Of a DNA stretch of 64,000 nucleotides, positions 57,639 through 64,000 are shown piece after piece. Within the stretch, counting starts at the first letter, position 1, and the number at the start of each line of letters is the position of its first letter. Made by a program: the position numbers and the translations under genes. Source of the stretch: an uncultured Porphyromonadaceae bacterium. Lineage in GTDB: Bacteria > Bacteroidota > Bacteroidia > Bacteroidales > Muribaculaceae. The notes below the pieces were generated by a model. It saw only the letters and a program-made list of their open reading frames with translations, ran no database searches and was not told the DNA's origin. The stretch spans positions 7,271 to 71,270 of the forward strand of contig CALAVE010000041.1 of the NCBI GenBank assembly GCA_937892215.1, in the 5' to 3' direction.

Positions 57639-60600
57639 TTATTTCACCAGCACTTTCTCTCCATTCACCAGATAGATTCCCGGCTCAAAGCCTTCCAGCA
57701 CATGCTGCCCGGCCGCCAGCGACTCTTGCCGCAGAACCGCTCCGCCCACGTTAACCACCATGATTTCCACGTCTTCGCCGGTCTCTATCAGGATGGAGCC
57801 TGCACCGCCGCGCGCGCTGAATCCGTCGGCGGCCACGGTCTCAACTGCTGTAGGTACCGACGGCGCTGTCCATGCCAGATAATACGTGCTTGTGCTCACT
57901 CCGTTGTCATAACTGTACTCGGCCGTCGGGTTCGATGCGTCCAGCAGCACCAGCGTGCCGTTCACTCGGCTTGCGTCCAGCACATCTCCTGCGTCGCTCG
58001 GGTCCAGTGCCGAATTGGCTTTCCTGCGAGCCGAAGACTGTCCCTTTGTGCCCTCATACACTGTAGCGTTGCTTGTCCACGCACTCACTTTGCTTATGTC
58101 GAAGCCCTCAGTGGCCAGGTCGTCGCGTTGCGTGCCTTTCAGTTCATCGGTACTCGTGCGGTCGCTCAGGAAGGTGTGTCCCTCCGATGTCGCGGCCGAC
58201 TCGTCGGCTTGGAAGAAATACACATCGTAGTTTGTTATCACGCCGCCTTCGTTCTTGCTCACCACGTTATATTCTGCCGTGATGGTGCGGCCGTTGTCCT
58301 CATCGCTGATGTTCGCGGCCGTCAGCGAGGTGCAGCCGCTCAGATCCAAGCCGTTAATGTGGTTATGAGCCACCTCCACCCTGCTCAGCGATGTGCGGCC
58401 GGCAAGGCCCTTCACGGAGTACAGGTTATTGTTCGAAGCGTGAACTTCGCTAATGTTGGGGCTCACGAATTCCAGTTCGCTGATTTTGTTCTTGCCGCCG
58501 TCGCTTATTGAAGTCGGTGCCGATGCATTGCTACAGTCCAGATACTCCAGTGCCGCGTTGTTGCTCAGGTCCAGTTCATTCACGTTGCAGCGTGCAAGGT
58601 CCAGATATTTCAGTTTAGCGTTGTTTGTCACATCCACCTCCGGCAACTCGGCGTTGTCGTATATCTTCAGCGTCTCCAGATTCACCTTTCCGCTCAAGTC
58701 CGGCGCCGTGCTGATGTTATCGTTCGACACCCACAGTTCCTTCAGTGCCGTGCAGTCGTCCAGACCGGTGATAAAGTCGCCGGTGCCTCCGCCGTTGAGC
58801 ACAGGGTCGTCGTATGCCCTAAGCGTTTCCAGCGATGTGCAGCCGCTCACGTCCAGTGTAGCCAGACTGCTCAGCCCGTAGGCGTTCACCTGTAGCAGGT
58901 CGTCGCAGTTTGCCGCATTCAGGGTCTCCAGGCTCGGGCACGTGGTAACGTCCAGCGGTGTAGTGGTGAAATGACCGCTCTGCAGCGGGTTGCCGCTCAC
59001 ATTCAGTGTCACCAGGTTCACTCCGTATGTCGCGTTCACGTTGTAGAATCCGCAGTCGCTGAAGTCGGCGTAGCGTATCACGCTCGGATAGCGGTCGGCC
59101 ACCGGAACCGCCGTGGCTCCTCCGGAATACACTGTTCCGGCCCGTCCTTTGTAGTACAGCGTCTCATCGTACGTTCCCTCGCTGTTAAGCGTCAGTTTGG
59201 AGTGGTCGTAGATTGCCATTCCGTTAGGGAAGCCCTTGTTGCCGTACCCCGACTCGCGGTTGTCGGCCATGAAACGGCAGTCTCCGTACATGCCCTTGCA
59301 ACTCACCGTATCCAGTGCCGGGAAACTGTTAAGTCCCAGCGACTGCATATTATTGTAGTCGGCCTTTATCACCTTCAGTTTATAGCATGGCTGAAACCAA
59401 ATGAAGTGGTGCTTCGTAGGTCCGTTGGCAGCACTGGGTGAGCCGCTGGTCACGTAGTCGTCCCAGTTGCCGGTACGGTCCCAACTCGGGCACATGTAGA
59501 TGTGACCCGCCGCCGTGTTATGGATGTTGGTGTAACTGAAGTCCAAATACTCCAGATTCGTGTTGTAATGCAGGTCCAGATGGTAGATTCCGGTGGTGTC
59601 GCGCAGGTCGCACGGACGGTAGTCGTAATAGCGCGTTAGCCCCTCGGCGTCAGCCGCCACCTTGCGCGCGTCGCGCAGTGTGTTGCTATAGGCCACCGAC
59701 AGACCCACGGTCTTGCTTGCACTTGTGGCCGGATTGCGGCTCGAGTATTTCACTATCGCCATTACCTTCTTCCGTATCATCGCCTCCTTCTCGGCATCGG
59801 TTGTGGCCAGTGCGCCAAGAACTTGGTTGTGGCTCACGTCCAGATATTCGAGTTTGGTGTTACGGTATAGGTGTACCGAGTCGGCTATCTGGTTGTAACT
59901 CAAGTCCAGATGTTTCAGTTCGGTCAGGTCCTCAAGGCTTGGCTTGCCTGTCACATAACTCGCCGGACGGTAATTGACATCGCCGCTCTTATCCACGTTG
60001 TAATTCGAGTTGGTGAACGTGGTGAACGCGTTGTGCGATGCGTTCAGGGTCTCTATACCGGTGCCCAGCAGTGAATTGCTCTGACCTATCACGCTGAACG
60101 AGCTGTTGCTTATGTCCATAGTCTTCAGGCTGGACAGTCCTTTCACGTACAGACCGGCCTCGCTCTCTATCGCGCCTGCCGTGGCGGTGGTGCGGATCAG
60201 CGCCGTGTTGCCGTGCAGGTTCAGTGTCTCCAGGCTGCCGTTTCCGCTCAGGTCAAGAGATTCAAGCGACGTGTTGTCCTCTGCCGTGAAGCTCGTCATT
60301 GCAGTGTTGGCCGCGGCGTTGCTTATCGCCAGTCCTTTCAGCTGGCTATTGTTCTTGAACTCGTAGTCCGCCCCGAAGTTGTTGTCCTGCACATACAGGT
60401 ACTGCAGGTTCTCGTATGTGCTCGCGTTGGCTATGTCGCTCACCGAACTGTTGTTCATCTTCAGTGTTACTATCGGATTGTTTGTCACCGTATTTGCCGG
60501 GAGTCCTGCAATGTTGTTGCTGCTCATATCCAGCCAACTCACGCTACTGCCGGTCAGGTCGGGCATTCCGCTGAATTGGTTGCTGCTGAGGTCCAGGCGG

Positions 60601-63311
60601 GTCAGCGACGAACAGCCGGTAACGTCTATGCTGCTCAGGGCGTTGCCCGAAGCAGTCAGACTGGTCATGCCGCTATTGTTCTCCACCGCCAGTGTGCTCA
60701 GCACGCTGTTTCCGGTCACGCTCAGCGACGTAATACCGGGATTCTCGCCAATGCGCAGTGTCTCCAGGGCGCTGTAGCCCGTGATTCCGCCCGTGGGTAT
60801 CGTGGCTATTCCGCAGTTGGTCACGTCAAGCACTTTCAGCGTGCTCTTGTGGCCGGAAAGGGCCGTCAACTGTGTACTTAGCACCAGATTTGTGCAGCCG
60901 TCCAGATATATTTCTTCCACCGAGGCGGGTAGGTCGCTCGCTTGAAGGTGGGTCATGCCGCTGGCCGTGTTGCCCGATGCCTTTATCTTCTTCAGCGAGG
61001 TGCAGCCGCTCAGGTCAAAGTTGTTGTACGACGACGCGCCGCGGATGTTGCAGTTAGAGATATCTATCTCCTCAAGGGCTGTGCATTCGCTAAGATACAC
61101 TCGCCCGAGGCCCGATGTGAGGTTCGCGTCGGTATTATACCCTGCCGTACTCGTAATGCTAGGGTTATTACTCAGGTTCAGTTTCTTCAGCGCGGTGAGC
61201 TCGCCCAGCATTATGGCGCTTAGGTTCGTTCCGCTCACGGTCAGGTCGGTCAGCGCACTGTTGCCGGTAAGGTCCAGACCGCTCAGGGTGGTGTTATCGG
61301 TGAAGCTGTAGGTTGCCGGCAACGCGTTGCTGCGCAGTTTCAGGTAAACGAACTTCGAGGCATAGTCACCCAGGTCGGGCACGGCCGTAAAGTTGTTGCT
61401 ACTCAGGTCCAGCATATTCAGCGCGCTGCAGCCGGTCAAATCCATTGTGGGAAGGTCGCTCATTGCGCTGTAACCCTGGTTGGTAAGGCCCAGTTGGGTC
61501 TGCTTTGTGTTGCCGCTCAGGTCCAGTGTCTCCAGCGATGGGCAGTTATCCACTATGAGTGAAGGCATACCGCTGCTACTCACCACGTTACCGCCCATTT
61601 TCAGCGTTTTCAGCGATGCGAAGCCGCTCAGGGTCTTGCTTCCGGTTATCTGGTCACTGCTCAGGTCCAGATAGGTCAGGTTGGGGAAGTTTGCGCCGAT
61701 AAACGTGGGCATGTTGTCCATGTACAGGTTACCGCTGCTCATGTCCAGATATTTCAGCCCCGTGGCATTGTTCAGGGTAGCCAGATACTGCATCGCACTG
61801 TTTCCGCTCACTATCAGCGTATCCAGGTTCGGGCTCACGGCGTCCCACGTCAGGCCATTCTGGCTTATCGCCGAACTGGCGGCCTTGAACACTTTCAGAT
61901 TCTGGTTGTTGCTCAGTGTAAAGTTCTTCGCCGTACCGCTGTTGTTGCTTATGTCTATGTACTCCAGCGCAGTGTTGTTGCCGAAGCCTATGCTGTTGGT
62001 CAGGCCGCAGTTCTTCAAGCTCACGTAGCGCAGACCCGATGCCGCCCTCAGGGTCGATATGTTGCCCAGACTGGGATTTGAGTCGGCTATCAGCGTATCC
62101 AGCTGGGTCAGGTTGGTCAACTTCAACTTATCCGAACCATACCCGTTGCCGGTTACGTTCAGGTACTTCAGCCCCGTCTGCGCACCTATGCCGTCGCTCC
62201 AGCCGCCCATCGCCGAGTTGCCACTCAGGTCCAGGCGCTCCAGCGTGGTCACATTGTACGTCGTGTTCAGGCGCACGAAAAAGCCTATGTCGCAGTTGGC
62301 AAGATACAACTCTTTCAGCCCCACGCCTACCGACAGGTTGATATAACCGGTGGATGAACTCGTAAACGAGCCGGTGAAGCCGCGCAGACTGCTATTACCG
62401 CTCAGGTCCAGCACTTCCAGGCATGGATTGCTGCCCAGGTCCACTATCGACAGGCTGTTGTCACGAGCCAGAAGTGTCTGCAAGTTGGTAAAGTGGCTTA
62501 TTCCGGCAAGGCTGCTGATACCCTGGTTGCTCACGTCCAGATACGTCACCATCTCGGGCGAGAACACTGTCCCTTCGCTTATCCCAAGCTGCGACGCTAT
62601 GGCATTGCGGAAATTACTGTCGCTATAGCCGTTGGCGGCACTCAGCGTGTGAACCACGGCCTGACTACCCTCGGTGTTGTAGTAACCATTGGCCACATAG
62701 GTCAGGCTGCCTGTCTGCTTCCCGTGGTTGTCATTGTTGAATATCAGTTTACTGATGCCGGTCCAGGTCGAAACGTCATATTTATATACCTTGAAACCGG
62801 CTCCGTCCAGTCCCACGTATGTCATCTCGTAGCCGGGCCAATTGGTGGAACCTAATTGACCGCCGCTGCTGTTCAGGAAGTAGATATGAGGCGTGTAATC
62901 TCCCCAGTCGGGCGGATAGTTGAAATAGATGCAACCCTCGCTACTGCCGCTCAGGTCCGGCATCGTACTGAACCAAGTGGTGGCGCCGTCGTACATAAAG
63001 CGAGCCACGCCGTTCACACCCGACACATTCAGAATGTCGTTCGTTTGGCTGCCGCTCCCGTTATTGAACACAAGATTCACCACGCTGTAACCTGCGTAAG
63101 TCTTCGTCCAATAGCCGTCAGCGTCCTTCTCACTCAATTGAGTACCCGGCCACGCGTCGCCAATCGCATTATTATTGCTGTCGTACGCATACAGATATGG
63201 TGCCGTGCCACCTTTCATTATTTTTATCGATATGTCAGCGCGTGCACTACTCGCTGCCAGCACCAGCACCATCACGGCCAGTACCATGCTTTTCCGGTAA
63301 ATCTTTCTCAT
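57639..63311 (-). CDS. 1890-aa surface protein: two CBM26-like modules, extensive leucine-rich repeats, T9SS C-terminal domain
   Basis: Signal peptide; two Y.Y..WPG..M/L..G..(L)(V/I)FNN..QT units; many L..LDLS.N repeats; C-terminal TAVETV...PGIYLVNGEKVLVK. Confidence 0.85.
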   Translation of the reverse strand: MRKIYRKSMVLAVMVLVLAASSARADISIKIMKGGTAPYLYAYDSNNNAIGDAWPGTQLSEKDADGYWTKTYAGYSVVNLVFNNGSGSQTNDILNVSGVNGVARFMYDGATTWFSTMPDLSGSSEGCIYFNYPPDWGDYTPHIYFLNSSGGQLGSTNWPGYEMTYVGLDGAGFKVYKYDVSTWTGISKLIFNNDNHGKQTGSLTYVANGYYNTEGSQAVVHTLSAANGYSDSNFRNAIASQLGISEGTVFSPEMVTYLDVSNQGISSLAGISHFTNLQTLLARDNSLSIVDLGSNPCLEVLDLSGNSSLRGFTGSFTSSSTGYINLSVGVGLKELYLANCDIGFFVRLNTTYNVTTLERLDLSGNSAMGGWSDGIGAQTGLKYLNVTGNGYGSDKLKLTNLTQLDTLIADSNPSLGNISTLRAASGLRYVSLKNCGLTNSIGFGNNTALEYIDISNNSGTAKNFTLSNNQNLKVFKAASSAISQNGLTWDAVSPNLDTLIVSGNSAMQYLATLNNATGLKYLDMSSGNLYMDNMPTFIGANFPNLTYLDLSSDQITGSKTLSGFASLKTLKMGGNVVSSSGMPSLIVDNCPSLETLDLSGNTKQTQLGLTNQGYSAMSDLPTMDLTGCSALNMLDLSSNNFTAVPDLGDYASKFVYLKLRSNALPATYSFTDNTTLSGLDLTGNSALTDLTVSGTNLSAIMLGELTALKKLNLSNNPSITSTAGYNTDANLTSGLGRVYLSECTALEEIDISNCNIRGASSYNNFDLSGCTSLKKIKASGNTASGMTHLQASDLPASVEEIYLDGCTNLVLSTQLTALSGHKSTLKVLDVTNCGIATIPTGGITGYSALETLRIGENPGITSLSVTGNSVLSTLAVENNSGMTSLTASGNALSSIDVTGCSSLTRLDLSSNQFSGMPDLTGSSVSWLDMSSNNIAGLPANTVTNNPIVTLKMNNSSVSDIANASTYENLQYLYVQDNNFGADYEFKNNSQLKGLAISNAAANTAMTSFTAEDNTSLESLDLSGNGSLETLNLHGNTALIRTTATAGAIESEAGLYVKGLSSLKTMDISNSSFSVIGQSNSLLGTGIETLNASHNAFTTFTNSNYNVDKSGDVNYRPASYVTGKPSLEDLTELKHLDLSYNQIADSVHLYRNTKLEYLDVSHNQVLGALATTDAEKEAMIRKKVMAIVKYSSRNPATSASKTVGLSVAYSNTLRDARKVAADAEGLTRYYDYRPCDLRDTTGIYHLDLHYNTNLEYLDFSYTNIHNTAAGHIYMCPSWDRTGNWDDYVTSGSPSAANGPTKHHFIWFQPCYKLKVIKADYNNMQSLGLNSFPALDTVSCKGMYGDCRFMADNRESGYGNKGFPNGMAIYDHSKLTLNSEGTYDETLYYKGRAGTVYSGGATAVPVADRYPSVIRYADFSDCGFYNVNATYGVNLVTLNVSGNPLQSGHFTTTPLDVTTCPSLETLNAANCDDLLQVNAYGLSSLATLDVSGCTSLETLRAYDDPVLNGGGTGDFITGLDDCTALKELWVSNDNISTAPDLSGKVNLETLKIYDNAELPEVDVTNNAKLKYLDLARCNVNELDLSNNAALEYLDCSNASAPTSISDGGKNKISELEFVSPNISEVHASNNNLYSVKGLAGRTSLSRVEVAHNHINGLDLSGCTSLTAANISDEDNGRTITAEYNVVSKNEGGVITNYDVYFFQADESAATSEGHTFLSDRTSTDELKGTQRDDLATEGFDISKVSAWTSNATVYEGTKGQSSARRKANSALDPSDAGDVLDASRVNGTLVLLDASNPTAEYSYDNGVSTSTYYLAWTAPSVPTAVETVAADGFSARGGAGSILIETGEDVEIMVVNVGGAVLRQESLAAGQHVLEGFEPGIYLVNGEKVLVK

Positions 63312-63415
63312 GCTATTATAACTCGTTTCTTAATTCTTTATAGTTGCTATTATGTCAATGTTGCAAATTTACAAAAATTACCCATTATTTGTTACAACTT
63401 TTTGCTTTTTTGTTC

Positions 63416-64000
63416 TTACAGCATAGTCTGCTGTGAAAAAATATTCCAGAAATTTCTGTTATTTAACCAGATAAGGCAGTCATCAGCATTCTCTTCCAGC
63501 AGGACACTGAGAAATTCCTCTTTTTCCTTATTAAAAAAATAGCCTTCTTCTTTTTTCTCTAAGCCGAAAGCCTCTATGCCTTCTGTCTGCAGCCACTCAT
63601 ATTTTTCATTAAAGGCCTTTGCTGATGTGCTTAACTGAAGATTGTATCTGATGACGGAAATGATCTTATTATGAAAACTTCTTTCACAATCTATGTTTTT
63701 CTTTTCCAAATCCTGCTTTAATAAGATCCATTCTTTAAATACTGATAAAGCAGACTTATCTATCGAACTGACAAGACTGTTTTTCTGCTGTCTGCGGTAG
63801 AATACCAGATCTTCCGGAACAACAGTGATCTTTTTTGCCTGAGTCAACGCCATCATAGTAAAATAAAGATCATTCCCGTTTCGAGTTTCATGGAACCTGA
63901 GGCCCTGCTCTTCAATAAAACTTCGCAGGAACATTTTATTCCATGCCGCTTCACATGTAAAATTGAATATATAGTCCTTTATGTCTTCAAATGCAAATGG
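63416..64000 (-). CDS. 3' part of GT2-family glycosyltransferase (5' end beyond the window)
   Basis: Frame is open to the window edge: ..AAWNKMFLRSFI...LRF....GNDLYF...L..A.KI......FYR. Confidence 0.75.
   Translation of the reverse strand, partial: PFAFEDIKDYIFNFTCEAAWNKMFLRSFIEEQGLRFHETRNGNDLYFTMMALTQAKKITVVPEDLVFYRRQQKNSLVSSIDKSALSVFKEWILLKQDLEKKNIDCERSFHNKIISVIRYNLQLSTSAKAFNEKYEWLQTEGIEAFGLEKKEEGYFFNKEKEEFLSVLLEENADDCLIWLNNRNFWNIFSQQTML

Overview
Chromosomal segment of a Bacteroidales bacterium, inferred from porX/sprE, T9SS cargo, TAnnTTTG sigma-A promoters and SD-less starts. A Muribaculaceae-like assignment is a guess. Most of the window is housekeeping and envelope genes (aroA, sprE/porW, porX, ruvB, tyrS, tRNA-Gln, cysS, lolD, msbA-like, ctp, mfd, aroK, rnhA, topA, nnr, hpt, adk, pepT). 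The standout is an ~8.4 kb six-gene operon (19944-28339). It encodes a vWA-like lipoprotein, a 4-TM protein, a divergent tubulin/FtsZ-superfamily GTPase, a 1141-aa protein with a complete actin/Hsp70-fold ATPase, a single-pass coiled-coil membrane protein, and a Zn-ribbon/FtsK-gamma/TM protein. This is a candidate envelope-spanning cytoskeletal or conflict system. Other notable items: a Fic gene bracketed by a 99-bp direct repeat that duplicates the promoter and first codons of the next gene; an orphan rrn-leader-like element with no rRNA behind it; a candidate sRNA; a coiled-coil protein with an amphipathic N-terminus and a beta-clamp-like C-terminal motif; and a 1890-aa CBM26-LRR T9SS protein. 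No CRISPR array, rRNA, integrase or transposase was seen. All family assignments come from motif recognition by eye; no searches were run.
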